Assembly (NCBI RefSeq): GCF_036321535.1
Contig: NC_087437.1
Location: 18,850,001 to 18,914,000, forward strand
Source of the DNA: Camelus dromedarius
Lineage: Eukaryota
Reading direction: 5' to 3'
DNA: 64,000 nt
The position numbers and the translations under genes were made by a program. Within the stretch, counting starts at the first letter, position 1, and each line of letters begins with the position of its first letter. The notes beneath the pieces were generated by a model that saw nothing but the letters and a program-made list of their open reading frames with translations, searched no databases and was not told where the DNA came from. Positions 25,228 through 38,221 of this stretch are shown in pieces.

Positions 25228-26067
25228 AAAATTTATGCAATGAAAACTGTCAAATTTTTCCTTCATGGTTTCTGGGTTTCATTTCATACTTAGGAAAACC
25301 TTTCATTATAAACCGAGTTTATGATAATATTTTCTTATTTTCCTCTAATACTTTTATGGGTTTTTATATTACACCCTTAAATCTGCCTGAAAATTTTATT
25401 TGTGTATGGTGTAAGGTGGTGTATAACTTAATTTCTAAATATTCAGTTGCTTAATACCATGCACTGAATACTCATTCTAATTCACTGTTTTCAAAGTGCC
25501 ATCTTTACTGTAAACTAAATCTATTTTCTTTTCTTTTCTAAATATATTTTCATATAGACACAGTCTGTTTTTTTTTTTCCTGTGATACCATATTTTGTCA
25601 ATTGCTATTGTCTTTTACTGTGATTTGCTATCTGGTAAGGCGGCTTTCCTCATTGATCATTTTTTAAAATGTTCTTTTCTCTGCTCAGGCATTTTCAAAT
25701 TGAAGAATCTTGAGAGTCAAATAAGCTTGAGGATGACCATAGGGTCATTTCAATAGATGTCAGAACAAGCCTTTGATGAAATTGAACATCCACAATATGG
25801 AATATTATGCAGTTGTTTTAAAAAAGAGAGAGAGAAAGAGAGCCATTTGTACCCTAATGGAAAGATCTCCAATACAAGTGAAGAAAGCAATAGAACAATG
25901 CACATCTTATGACTCTCTTGAATTAAAAAATGAAAAGGAATATCCATTTACACCTGTGTATGAAAATATATGTGAATTCAAAAACATAGGTCTGGAGGGA
26001 TATACCCTTAACTGGAATGGCTTTTGCTTTCGAGGAAAGGATGAGGAGGGTAGAGGTGTCCTGAATA

Positions 26068-26497
26068 CTGTGGGGTGTTATCCAGATGCCCCTCCTTAAG
26101 ATCAGGGCACTTCACCCAGTGGCCAGGAATGTTGCCTGCTGACAGCTTACTGCAGAGTGCCTCTCCAGGCATTGTCCTTAGCTTCGGGTAGCTGCTTTGC
26201 CAAGTTTAAGCTCCTCCCTGTGGACGGATTGCATCCAATGACTGCTTACTGTGTGGTACAAATTCATGTTCCCTTTGCTTCAGTTTGGGACAGATACGAA
26301 GGGCAGTCTGAGCTTCAGAGCTCCCCCAGGGATTGCTGCAGCCTCTGTTGCAACTGCAACTACTTGGCAACCTAACTTCTCTGCCTGGTCTCACTTCTTT
26401 CACTCCTTCACAGATATCTCTGAGAGTACTTCTCAATAACCCACCTGCACACAGATTTGCCTCACAGTCTATTTCCTGGGGTACCCAGCTTGCAACA
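26068..26497 (+). mobile_element. ERVL LTR16-like solo LTR
   Basis: CTTCAGAGCTCCCC...CTCAATAACCCACCTGCACAC...CTCACAGTCTATTTCCTGGG...GCAACA. Confidence 0.65.
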
Positions 26498-27471
26498 ACA
26501 GGCAATAAGTTACCGAGTGATGGAGGATAGGTGGATGGGTTTTTCACATTTTGCTCTCTTATATAACCCGGAATCTTGTATTTATGAGACTTAATTTTTA
26601 ATTGGTGTTTAAATATTGCCATTAAATAGAAAATATAACAATACTGAGCTAACTTTTAAAAAAGAAACTCTCATGCCCCCCCCCCCCCGCCAACGCCTTT
26701 CCCCCTTTCCATCCAGTAGTCTCACTACTGTTGCACAACTCATTTCTTTTCTATGTATTTCCCTGAGAGGGGATCACACACAGTCTTATTTTTGTCTGGC
26801 TTGTGTGGTGCAAAAAACCAAATAGTAATGCAGATTTCTCATAAAGGTGGACTTTTTACTGCTCCATTAAAATGATAAAAGAGCAAGGCACAGTTGAACC
26901 AGAACAGGCATTCAGAGAATTCTGAGAGCTATTGTCTCCGCCTTGGGTCCGGAGCAGGTGAGTTCGTTGTATTCCATGAAAAAGGACATTCCTGGAGGAA
27001 CTTTACTTAACATCACACAGCCTCTGAGTCAGCACAAGGGTTCTGAGCTCCAAATTCTCAGTGCAACTTTCTTTCCACCAAAAAAAGTTGCTGTTTTCTA
27101 AAGACTGAATGTATTCTCTGATTAGGATCCTCCAGGTGAACACAGCAGGTGTCTCTTCTGACAAAAACAGAGAAATTCTTGTCCTTAGAAGGGAAGGGAA
27201 TAGAGAAACCTGTTCAAAGGACTTGCTAGTCTATGGTCACCCTGAGGAAGTAGCTGTGGTCCTCAGCCACTCAAGAGTCCCTCCCCTAACTTTTCTCCAG
27301 AGTTTTATTCTCAAGTTTCTCTGGGCACTGATCTCCAGAAGTTGTAGGGAAACACTCCCCAACTAGTTATTCTTGCACACCCATGAAACTCCCCATTTAC
27401 TCAGGTTGGCCGATGAACAATTAACCACAAATGGAGTGGTTGCAAACTTTTCTCAAAAATGAGGAATTTCA

Positions 27472-27594
27472 GGGGGAGAGTATATCTCAAGTGGTAGAGC
27501 ACATGCTTAACATGCATGAGGTCCTGGGTTCAATCCCCAGTACCTCTGTTAAAGATAAATAAAATAAATAAACCTAATTACCACCCCCCAAGAA
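27472..27594 (+). mobile_element. Vic-1-type SINE
   Basis: Head plus tail; TSD gaggaatttca. Confidence 0.88.
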
Positions 27595-27679
27595 AGAGGA
27601 ATTTCAAAATTGTCTATGCTTGTTGGTCCAGGACAGTTTTGCTTTATTCTGCTCCCCAAAGCCCTCATACAACCCTAAA

Positions 27680-29410
27680 TACAGCAAAAAACAAGTATTG
27701 ATGAGGACATGGAGAAATTGGAAGCTTTGTGAATTCTTGTTAGGAATGTAAAATGTTACAGCCCCTGTGGAAAACAGTATGGCAGCTCCTAAAGAAATTA
27801 AAACTAGAATTACCATGTGATCCAGCAAACCCACGTCTGGGTACATACTCAGAAGAGTTGAAAGCAAGGTCTCAAAGAGATATTTTCACACCCATGTTTG
27901 TAGCAGCATTATTCACAATATCTAAAAAGTGGAAGCAAACCAAGAGAACACCAATGGATGGATGGATAAACAAAGTGTGATATATACATACAATGGAACA
28001 TTATTTAGCCTTAAAAAGGAAGAAATCCTGTTACATGCTACAACATGGATGAATTTTCAGGACATCATGCTATGTGAAATAAACCAGTCACAAAAAGACA
28101 AATACTTATGTATGATTCCACCTATCTGAGGTATCTAAATGAGTTAAATTTATAGGGACAGAAAGTTGAATGATGGTTGCCAGGGGGAGCAGAAAATGGG
28201 GAGTGATTATTTAATGAGTATAAAGTTTCAGTTTTGCAAGATGAAGAAGTTCTGGAGATTGGTCGCACAACAATCTGAATATACTTAACACTACTAAAGT
28301 GTGGTCTTAAAAATGGATAAGATGGTAAAATTTAAGTTATGTACTTTTTTCAGTTAAAAAATGTAAAACACTATATGAACAGGTCAAAAAGCAAATTAGA
28401 TGTAACTAAAGAGGAAATTAATAAACTAGAAGATACAGCTGCAGAAATTATTCAGAATGCAAAACAGAAACAGAGATATTAGGAAACATTAATGATGCAA
28501 TGAGAAGCTCTAACATATAGACAACGGGGCTCCAGAAGAATAGAGAAAATAGAAAAAAATATTACTCAAAGACAAAATGCCTGAGAAATTTTCCAGAATT
28601 GATGAAAAATATGAATCCTCTGATTCAGAAATCAGAATGAATCTCAAGAGTAAAAATAATCCATATGTACATTCTTTACAGGGAAACTGCAGAAGAACAA
28701 AGGCAGGGAGACTGTATAAAAGCATCTCAAGAGCAATCAAAATGAATGATCAACTACTGAAGGCAGTAGGAAAACAGTAAATAAATGGTGGTATCATATG
28801 TGTAAAATGTATACAGTTTACATCAATACATGGAATATTTAGTGCTAAAAAGAAATGAGCTATTGAGTCATGAAAATATACAGAGGAAACTTAAATGCAT
28901 GTTATTAAGGAAAATAAGCCAATCTGAAAAGTCTACATACGGTGTGATTCCAAGCATATGACATTCTGGAAAATTGCAAAAAAATGTTTGCAGAACTATG
29001 GAGATGGTAAAAAGATCAGTGGTTGGCAGGGGTTATTGGAGAGGGAGGGATGAATAGATAAAGCACAGGATTTTTAGGGCAGTGAAACTATTCTGCATGA
29101 TACTATAATGGTGGAGACATAGCATTATAATTTGTCCAAACCCATAGAATGTACGACACCAAGAGTGAACACTGTTGTAACTATAAACTTGGAGTTTATG
29201 ATGATGTGTTAATGTAGGTTTATGGATTGTAACAAATGTACCACTCTGGTGAGAGGTGTTGATAGTAAAGACTGTCTGTGTGTGTGTGTGTGTGTGTGTG
29301 CGCGTGCGTGTGTATGTAATGTTCAGAGGGTAAACAGAAACTCTTGTACTTTCCACTCAATTTTGCTGTCAATCTAAAACTACTCTGAAAAATAAGGTCT
29401 ATTTTTTTTA
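27680..29410 (+). mobile_element. Cluster of older L1 pieces (L1MB-like ORF2 end and 3'UTR, ORF1-like remnant, L1MC-like 3' end)
   Basis: ORF 27753-27980 ([37 protein letters not shown]) matches the L1 ORF2p C-terminus; characteristic 3'UTR motifs follow. Confidence 0.8.
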
Positions 29411-32400
29411 AAAAACCCAAGAGGAAAAAAAAACACCCAAGTGTCCAGAAAGAAAAAAGAAATAACCACCACGAGCAACAACAAAAGAACAATAATTACA
29501 TTGACAGCAAACATCTAGACACAGAACAATTTAGCAAAATTTTAAAATACACATAACAAAAAATTTAATGCTGGTTATTATGAGAGACGATGATGCCCTA
29601 TTCCCTACTCCCTTCCACCCACCCTCTGTCTTCATTAAGGTGGATGGTAGCTTTTATTTTGTAAGTAGGAGACGGGATAAACCAAGGTGAAGGAAAGGAG
29701 GAGAAAGTTTATTGAAGGAGGAAGGGCATTTGTTTTTAAATAGTGATATTGACCTTGGGAGACAAGGGGTCTAGAAAGGCCATTGGTCCGTTTCCACTTT
29801 TGGAGGGTAAGATTATTATTGTATCAGTCTCTGACTTCAGTCACTTTCGGTTATGGTGCCTCTTGTATAGGAGCTTAGAGCTCTGGATGCATGATCCCAT
29901 TTAGTCTCTGAGAGAAGTCGTTCACTAACTCTGTTAGACAGTGCCAACCAACATTTCTAGATATCTTGGTTGCTCTTATGATTCCTGATATTTGTTGGTT
30001 GAAATTCTGCAGGTTCCCTGTGATTCCAATGTGTTTTTTTTTTTTTCTGCTTATGGGCAGAGTAAGGCAGGATAAGATTTTGAAAATTTTTATTTCCAAC
30101 CTGGACCTTTCTCAGGAACTCCAGACTGCTAACAGAATATTGCCACTGGAATGTCTACATAAGCATCTCAAATTTAATGTCCCAAAATCAAGCTCTTGAT
30201 TTAGTTCTTTCAACTTGCTTATCTTGCTGTTTTTCCTATCTCAAAATGGCAACACCACCCTTTCAGATGCTTAGGCCAAAAACTTAGAAGCATCTATCTC
30301 TTCCTTCTTCTCTTGTACCTCATGTCCAGTCTATCAGGGAATCCTGCTGCCTCTATCTTTCAAAATATGTCCAGAATCCAACCAACACTCATCACCTCTG
30401 CTACTACCACACTGGTCCAAGTCTCCATAGTCTCTCACTTGGATGACTACAGTGGCCTCCTTAATCATGGTAGAAGCTCAATAAATAATTGTTGAATGAA
30501 TAAATGAAGCAACTCCCATGTATGGATTATCTTTGGTTGTTTGGTGGCTCACAGTTGATGGTTAATCTTGAGACCCCCTGCCATATTTTGGGGAGAGGGT
30601 GGGAAGAAGAAGTAGTGTTTGGACAGCAAGTATTTTGGGCCCATGGAGAAGACAACGGGCAGGAAACTTGTAGCAAACATGAAAAATGCAGGAGAGAAGA
30701 ATCAGTAGAACTGGGACTCTGAGTGGGAATCAGCAAAGAGAGTTCAAGTCCCTGAGTGCCCCTGTTCCTGCTGTTGTGACTGCCTGTCCTTTGCCTGTAT
30801 AGAGAGCCTGGCTGGATACCCTCTTCCTCTGCTGACCTGTCTAACCTGGGGTCCTGTGAGGTGATCTCCCCAAAGTCTGGACAGGTGATCACCGTCACTG
30901 AAGAACTGCTGAAGAGCAGTTTCCTTCTGAGCTTCACTGATGCTTCTTGTAGAGGGAAGGAGTTGAGTTGATCAAGCAAGCTCTTCAAACAGCTAGAGAG
31001 TAAAGGAAAGGCAGGCATTTAGGTGTGGCCTGGCCAAAGATCCCTGCCTCTCCTCTTGGGGTGCCACATGTCCCCATCTTCTCCCTCTCCCCAAGGAGAT
31101 CCAGCAGCTGCTTCCTATAGTCTAGGTCTTCTGCCTGCTTTAGGGGTCCTTCTATAAGTTCATAGTTCTCTCCCCTGACTTTTCGTAGCCATCCTTTCAG
31201 TAGGCACCTAAGGCCTGATCCCTCCTCTTGGTCACTCAGGGTCTCTTCTCCAGACTGGCTGATGGAGTACGGTTTGGGGAAAGTGCTTGGCTCGGTCTCC
31301 TACATGTTAAGTTCAGTTTCCTCCTTTGGGTGTGTTTTAACTTCCAACTGGGATCTTTGCCATGGTAATTACAACAACCACACTCTGCATGGAGGATCTT
31401 AAAGCCATATGGGCAAACAAAGAAATACAAAGGAATTCTTAAGAAAAGCCAAGTAGTTAACAGAATCTGCAACCCCACCAGAACTGGAAGCTCTGTACTC
31501 GACTGCCCATAACTGCTTAGTGAGTGTTATTTTAGCAGCTTGAAATTCTTTCTACAACCACATGGAAATCAGATATTCTGAGGGAAAGGGAAGTTTCCCC
31601 ACTCCAACCCTGCTCTTCCTCGAGCCCTCCCCTTCTAGCCAGTAGCACTGTTATTCACCTGACTGCTTGAGAGAAAAACCTAGAAGTTCACCTTCATTCT
31701 TCCTTATCCCTCTCTTCTCATCCTATCTGTCAGCAAGGCTATTGCCTCTGCAAGATATGCTCAGAATCTGTTTTCTTCTCTCCACCATTGTGTTCATGCC
31801 AGGCAACCTCAGTGATCTGCCAATTCGTCTTCCCAATTCTACTCTTGTCTTGTGGCCGATCACTCTCCCCACAGCAGCTAGAGCCATCTTTCAGGGACAA
31901 GCCAATCCCATTACTCTGCTTAAAACCTCCCAAAGCCTCCCACTGAACTCTTGATACATTTCAAACTTCTGACCACGGTCCATGAGGCTGTGTGTGATGG
32001 GGCTCCAGCTTTCCTGTCCAGCCACATGTCTTACTGCTCCTCCCTCTGCCACATGGCCTTGTCTGTTCCTTCAGTGCGCCAAGTGCATTCCTGCCTCAGT
32101 GCCATGGGATTTGTTGTTGGGCAATGCTTCAAATGCTTTGTGAAGATTTCTTCAGGGCTGGCTCCTTTGTCTTTAGAACCTAGCTCAGTACTATTGCTCC
32201 ATAATGAAATGTCCCCAGACTCAGTGGTTACAGAATAGCAGTCATCTGTTTTGCTTACTGTCTCTAACTTGGGCAGGACTTGATGAGGATGATGGATTTT
32301 TGTTCCACGCAGCATCAGCTGGGGCAAATCAACCAAGAACTGAGGAACTGCTTCCAAGATGGCTCACTTCCACGGCTGGCATATTAGGGCTGGCAGTCAT

Positions 32401-32485
32401 CTGTTAGTTAAACCAGAACTGAGGGCTGAGGCTTTGGTTGCTCACATAGCTTGGGTCCCCAAAGAGTCAGATAGAAGCTGTATTG

Positions 32486-32487
<2 letters not shown>

Positions 32488-32516
<29 letters not shown>

Positions 32517-32634
32517 GGTTGGAGGAGGTAATTAGATTTACTTTTTTATTTATTCTTAGAGGAGGTACTGGGGATTGAATCCAGGACCTCATGCATGCTA
32601 AGTATGCATTCTACCACTTGAGCTATACCCTCCC
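32488..32634 (-). mobile_element. Vic-1-type SINE inside an MLT1-like LTR (about 32200-32870)
   Basis: TSD aagctgtattgtctttt on both sides. Confidence 0.88.
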
Positions 32635-34211
32635 TGCCAAAGCTGTATTGTCTTTTGTGATTCAGCCTGAGATGTCACATAGCATCACTTTTGTGGCACT
32701 TTATTAATTTTGCAAGTCAAAAGACCTGTCCAAGTGGAGGAAACAGGCTCTACCACTTGAAGGGGGAGTGGCAGGATTCTGCAACAGCACACAGAAATAT
32801 CCAGAATCACCCAGAATATTGCTTTTTTGGTTGATTCTGGATGATTCTTGATAATTCTGTCTGCCACAGCTACCTCCTCAGTGTAGCCTCCCCAGACAGC
32901 CATATGTAAATTAGCTTCTCCTCTCCAACCCCAAATAGTCATTCTTTACCATTTCAGTCTCTGGTTCCTTCACTGCACCTTAGTTATCTTGTCCTTTTGT
33001 TTCTTTGCTCACTTGCAGCCTATTACAAGAATATAGTCTCCTGAGAGCAGGAGTTTTGCATGAAGGGAGGCCCAACAAGAGGCTGTTGCATTAAGCTCTG
33101 ACAGTTGCAGTTGGAGAGGTGACGGCTATTTAGAGATATGTAAAGGTGGAGATGTTGGTATCGGGCGATTGACTGGATGTGGAGCATGAGGGGGGAAGAG
33201 AGGACATTGGGTGGCTGGTTCATCTCAGAGTGAAGAAGAGCATGGGACTGAGCGCAGGATTGCCTGGCAGAGGCCGTGCTGAGCCCTGCACCACTGGAGT
33301 GGTAAGTGGTGTTCTGTGTGTGGGGAGTCTGGGTGGATGCTCACCATACCCCTTGCCTTCCCTTCCGAAGCTTCCAGGCACGTCTTGCAGCTCTCTTGCA
33401 GTTAGGTAGGGACCAGGTGAGGTTATGGCCAAAGAAATGTAAGTGGCAGCTGAAGTTGTCACTTTCAGGCATGGCCTGCTAAAAACCATCCTGCAACATC
33501 CTGCCTGCCCGCTTCCACTTCCTCATAGGGCGTGTGTGAACCATGGCAGCGTCATGGGTGGGAGGGGCCTAGATTCCCGAGTGGCTGTGTAGGGAACCAC
33601 CCTTTCACAACCTTTTTTATTTCATGACACAAAACTTTTGAAGAGACAAGGACAGTTGTAGAATGTCCTCATGTTCAGGATTTGTCTCAAGGTTTCTTCA
33701 TGTTGTTATTTAACTTCTTCCTCTATTCCTTGTATTTCCTGCAAATGGAAAGTCAGCAGTATAGCTCACTTCAATTCAGGTGAACTTCTTTGGGGAAGAA
33801 GTATCTCAAAGGTGATGTACTTTATAGTACATCCTATCAGGAGGGACATCAGCGTCCAGTTGTCCCACTTTTGATGATGTTCTGTTTGAAGACTGAATTC
33901 AGATGGTGCTTGCAGATTTCCCCATTGAAAAGGCACTTCCCCATTTTGTAATGAGTATGCAAGCTGTGGCGTAACCCTTGGTCACAATTCTGACATTCTG
34001 TTCCTGAATAACATTTCACCTAATATTTTTAGTCCATTGTGGTTCCTTCTCTCAACTGTTCATATTTAGTATTTTTCTAGCATTTTATTGAGCAACTCAG
34101 TATGTAGTGGGTACTCTTCTAAGGGTTTTACCTGTATTTTCTCCTTTAATCATCACAATAATCCTATAACTTTCTCCATTTTACAAGTGAGGAAACTGAG
34201 GCATAGAGAGG

Positions 34212-34763
34212 TGTATTAGTTTCCTATTGCTGCTATAACAAAATGCCACAAACTCAGTGACTTAAAACAATATACATTTAGTATCTTTCAGTTCTGGAGC
34301 CCAGAAGTTTGAAATGGGTCTCACTGGACTGAAATCAAGGTGTAGGCAGGGTTTCTTTCCTTCTGGAGGATCTAGGGTAAAATCTGTTTCCTGGCTTTGA
34401 CCAGCTTTTAGTGGCTGCCTGCATGTCTTGGCTCATGGTCCCTTTCTAGCTTTAAAGCCAGCAATGGCGAGTCAAGTTCTTCTCATACAGCATTACTCTG
34501 ATCTGGCTTCTGTTGTTACATCTCCTTCTTTGACTCTGACTGAATCTCTCTTCCACCTACTTTGTCCACTTCTAAGGACCTTTGCAATTCCACTGGGCCT
34601 ACCTGGATAACTCAGAACAATCTTCTTATCTTAAGGCTGACTGATCAGCCACCTTAATTCCATCTGCAACCTTAATTCTCCTTTGCTATATAACCTCATA
34701 TATTCAGATTCTGGGGATGAGGACACATACATCTTTGGAGGAGCCATTATTCTACCTACCACA
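34212..34763 (-). mobile_element. MaLR MLT1D-like LTR inserted in a MIR
   Basis: TGTATTAGTTTCCTATTGCTGCTATAACAAA...TATTCTACCTACCACA; MIR motif GAGGAAACTGAGGCATAGAGAGG on the left flank. Confidence 0.8.
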
Positions 34764-35525
34764 GAAGATGGGTAACTTGCTTTGATCACACAGCAGGTCA
34801 GCAGCAGAGCTGGGATTTGGGCACTGGAAGTCTGGTTCTAGGACACATGTTTTTGATCCTTATGTATACTTCTGCTACAAATGTACTGAGTAGTGGGGTT
34901 GGGATAGTTTACGATGACTTGTATAAAACATCCCTCCAGCCTCTCTCTTCCCCTGATTTCATAAGTTATCATGAAATTCTCTATTACAGTTTGGCTTCCC
35001 ACAGTATGCTGTAGTGTCTAGATCTAGAGTCTGGAGCTAGCTGGCTTTGATTCAAATCCCAGCTAGGTCATTTACTAGTTATATGATTTGGGCAAATTAT
35101 TAAAGTCTTCTGTTTCCCAGTTTCCATAATGTAATATGTGGAATTAATGGTATTTACCCCATAAGGATGTTGGGAGGATAAAAAGAGTCATCATAATTAA
35201 AATGTTTACATAGCAGGTGCTATGCGTTAGCCAGGATTCTTATTTCTGTATATGCCTATGGGATCACCTGGCCAGATTGGTTTTCTGGCCCTCATCTCTC
35301 AGCGACATGTAGAATATCGACATCTTGGCAGCATCGGCTTTTTGTCATTTAAAATTTTTAAATAGACTTTTTAAGATCAGTTTTGGACATATATAAAAAT
35401 AGAGGAGATACTACAGAGAGTTCTCATACAGCTCACTCTCAGTTTTCTTTATTATTAACATCTTATGTTAGTATGGTACATTTGTTCCAGTTAATGAACC
35501 AATATTGATAAATAATCATTAACTA

Positions 35526-35663
35526 GGGGGGAGGGTATAGCTCAGTGATAGAGCACATGCTTGGCATGCATGAGATCTTGGGTTCAATCCCCAATACCTT
35601 CGTTTAAATAAATAAATAAATAAATAAACAAACCGAATTACCTCCTTCCCCCAGGAAAAAAAA
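35526..35663 (+). mobile_element. Vic-1-type SINE
   Basis: TSD aatcattaacta. Confidence 0.9.
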
Positions 35664-35691
35664 AATCATTAACTAAAGCCTATGCTTTATT

Positions 35692-35874
35692 GAAGAAGAA
35701 TATAAAAAAAGAGTATGTATATATGTTTGTGTAACTGAATCACTAGTCTGTACACCAGAAACTAATACAACATTGTAAATCAGCTATACTGAAATAAAAA
35801 ATAAACATGGGGGGGGGAATGCCCGGGTATTTGAATATCAAGATTACTGTTAATTAAAGAAAATCAGACATCTC

Positions 35875-35917
<43 letters not shown>

Positions 35918-35925
35918 ATACACAC
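35692..35925 (+). mobile_element. L1 3' end with extra downstream sequence and an (AAAT)n tail
   Basis: 17-bp TSD aaag(c/t)ctatgctttatt at 35675-35691 and 35926-35942. Confidence 0.85.
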
Positions 35926-36399
35926 AAAGTCTATGCTTTATTCAGATTTTCCTAATTTTCACCTAATGTCCTTTTTCTTGTTCCAGGATCCCACTCAGGG
36001 CACCACATTACATTGGGTTATCATGTTCCCTTAGGCTCCTCTCGGCATTGAGTTTCTCGGACTTCCTTTGGTTTTGATGACCTTGACAATTGTGAGGAGT
36101 ATTAGTCCCTTTTGTACAGTGTTTTTCTACTGGAATTTGTCTGATGGTTTTCTCATGGTTAGAGGTGGGTTATAGGTTCTTGAGAGGGAGACCACAAAGA
36201 TAAAATCTCACCCCCATTATGTCATGTCAAGGGTCACACTATCAACATAAGGCATCATTGTTGGCACTGACCTGGATCACGGGGCTGAGGCTGTGTTTGT
36301 CAGGTTTCTCCACGGTAAACCTGAGTCTTTCCCCTGCTTTCTATCCTGTGCCCAACACATGCTGAAGAAGTGGGGAGCTGTGCTCCAGCTCCTCGAGGC

Positions 36400-36853
36400 A
36401 TGACTTAGTTTTGTAGGGCTATGTAATAAAGTACCACTACCTTGTGGCTTAAAATGACAGAAATGTATTCTCCCACGGTTCTGGAGGCTAGAAGTCTGCA
36501 GTCGGGCTGTCGGCAGAGCCGCGCTCTCTCAGAAGGTTCCAGGGGAACATTTGTTTCACGCCTCTCTCCTAGCACCTGGGGCTGCTGCCAGCCCTCGGCC
36601 TTGCTCAGCCTGCAGGGGCATCACCCCAGTGTCTACCTCCTTGGCACAAAGTGTTCTCCCCCTCTTGTCTTTGTGTCCTTCTCCTCTTCTTATAAGAACA
36701 CCAGTTACGCTGGATGGGGGCCCACACTAGTGACTTCATCTTAACTTGATTCCATCTGCAAAGACCCTATTTCCAAATAAGGTCACAGTCACAAGTCCTG
36801 AGCATTAGGACTTTAAAGTATCTTTTTGGGGACACAATTCAATGCATAACAAC
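36400..36853 (-). mobile_element. MaLR MLT1C-like LTR
   Basis: AGTACCAC..GGCTTAAA..ACAGAAATGTATTCTCCCACGGTTCTGGAGGCTAGAAGTC...GACACAATTCAATGCATAACA. Confidence 0.8.
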
Positions 36854-36959
36854 AGAGCAGTATCTATATAAATTATCTGGAATTCTCCTGCATAGATTTA
36901 CCACTTCTTTCCTATGTATTTATTTAATCATTTATTTATATCAATGTTAACTGCCACCT

Positions 36960-37200
36960 TGCTATACCCGTTTATTAGCTCCAGAAGGTGTTTCAGGGTT
37001 TTCTAAACAATCATGTCGTCTGTAACTCCTTCTCAATCTGCATGCCTTTTTTTCCTTTTCTTGTGTTACTGTAAGTAGCTAGGACGCCTCGGACAATATT
37101 GATCCAGAGTGGTGAGAGAATACATCCTTGCTTTATTCCCAATTTTAGGGGGAAAGCATCCAGTTTCTCACTGTTAAGTATGACGTTAGCTGAAGGGTTT
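36960..37200 (-). mobile_element. L1 ORF2 (reverse transcriptase region) fragment
   Basis: ANVILNSEKLDAFPLKLGIKQGCILSPLWINIV resembles the L1 RT motif GTRQGCPLSPLLFNIV. Confidence 0.85.
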
Positions 37201-37607
37201 TTTGTTTGTTTGTTTGTTTTGCCCATTTGGATCATCTTTGTCTTTTAATCTGTGTATTTAGACTAATCACATTTAAAAACTATCTAAAAATTTTTAAAAA
37301 TACACTTTATTTTTTAGGGCAGTTGTAAGCTTACAGCAAAGTTGAGCAGAAAGCAGAGTTCCCAGATATTTCCTCCCAGTTTGTGGCTTGCCTTCTCATT
37401 CTTTTGAGATAATTCACATTTAAAGTGATTATTGGTGGTGCCCGATAAATATCCACCAGGCTCGTAACTGTTTTGTATTTGTTGTACCTGTTCTTTCTTT
37501 TCTCTCCCCTTCTTTCTAACTTCTCTGGTTTTAATTGAGCATTTTATATGATTCTATTTTAAACCTTATCTCTTTTTGAAGAAAAGTTCTGCTGCTATTA
37601 GTTACAT

Positions 37608-37818
37608 TAGTGGTTCTAAACTGACAGTGATTTTGCTCCCTCGGTGACATTTGACAGTGTCTGGAGATGTTTCTGGTTGTCATGACTGTGGGAGGATTAC
37701 TGGTATCTAGCAGCTGGAGGCTATGCTGCCAAACCTCCTACGAAGCATAATTCTGTCTCCCACAGCAGAGAATGATCTGACCCAACATGTCAATAGTGCC
37801 ACTATTGGCAAACACTGA
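37608..37818. mobile_element. MER20-like hAT DNA transposon fossil
   Basis: AGTGGTTCT...GACATTTGACAGTGTCTGGAGA...CAACATGTCAATAGTGCC...AAACACTG. Confidence 0.8.
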
Positions 37819-38071
37819 ATTAGGTAAAAAGAAGTGATGTATATTAGTTAGGAAAGGCTGGGTTAGGTTTATAAAAAGCATCCCCTCAAATCTTATTGAC
37901 TTGGAGCAACTTAGTTTAAGGAAGCAATCTTACCAATGCACCCCGAGGTGGGGGAACTGGAATTATCTGATAAAGAACGCTAATGACTCTTATACAATAA
38001 TACAGTCTTTTTCTTTTGGTTGCCAAGAAGCTCAGAACTATGGTTAATACACAACAGCAATGGCATTTGTG

Positions 38072-38216
38072 GGTTTTTTTTTTTTTAAGTGAAGTACTGT
38101 CAGTTACACTGCGTCAATTTCTGGTGCACAGCCCAATGTCCCAGTCATGCATATACATACATATATTCATTTTCATATTTTAGCATTTACATACATATAT
38201 TCATTTTCATATTTTA
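38072..38216 (-). mobile_element. Very short L1 3' end with a 34-bp tandem duplication
   Basis: Poly(T) then GTCAATTTCTGGTG..GTCCCAGTCATGCATATAC; TSD gcatttgtg at 38063-38071 and 38217-38225. Confidence 0.75.
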
Positions 38217-38221
38217 GCATT

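Larger units (their letters stand above)
35355..36395 (-). mobile_element. Old L1MC/L1MD-like 3' region with nested younger insertions
   Basis: TGGTACATTTGTT..AATGAACCAATATTGAT...TTCCAGGATCCCA..CACATTACATT. Confidence 0.65.

Noticed and set aside
30527..31018. 163-aa minus-strand ORF
   Set aside because: No recognisable domain or convincing exon boundaries; cannot be supported without a search
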